A stretch of DNA of 63,249 bases, counting the filler, from Octopus bimaculoides (Eukaryota): the NCBI RefSeq assembly GCF_001194135.2. It is 5 parts of 5 records of this genome, joined end to end, with 100 filler letters (N's around TTAATTAATTAA, not from the genome) between each part and the next. Parts side by side here need not be neighbours in the genome. Positions count along the whole stretch, not along the records: positions 62,248 to 63,249 come from NC_068984.1; 4 more parts are not named here. One strand, given 5' to 3'. The position numbers and the translations under genes were made by a program. The notes under the pieces were generated by a model, which did not search any database, was not told the origin of the DNA, and was given only the letters and a program-made list of their open reading frames with translations. This document shows, piece by piece, positions 63,196 to 63,249 of the stretch. Position 1 is the stretch's first letter, and the number at the start of each line of letters is the position of its first letter.

Positions 63196-63249
63196 ACAAT
63201 TTGAAAAACCTACACGACTAGATGAAAAGTGCTTCATTTAATGTGACAT

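Overview
AT-rich, microsatellite-dense animal genomic DNA from a draft assembly with many N gaps, four of them 44N-TTAATTAATTAA-44N placeholders. The SINE families and overall texture resemble an octopus (coleoid) genome; this is inference. One host gene is supported: a minus-strand apolipophorin/apoB-like large lipid transfer protein, partial at both ends. I traced 11 coding exons (49290-62147) with GT-AG sites and consistent phases, about 2,500 aa, including one 5,145-bp exon that carries about ten ~49-aa beta-strand repeats. The rest is mostly decayed mobile DNA: R4/Dong-like and Hero-like non-LTR relics fused tail-to-tail, an internally deleted mariner, a Ty3/Gypsy relic with a nested RTE-type tail, a 5'-truncated L1/Tx1-like element and many tRNA-derived SINEs. 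The best leads are the beta-repeat in the giant exon, an 88-nt intronic hairpin, a SINE with twin-priming-type 5' inversion, a CpG-depleted central domain and a 32-bp-periodic motif array. I found no CRISPR array, rRNA or genuine tRNA gene. All alignments and family assignments were made by eye.
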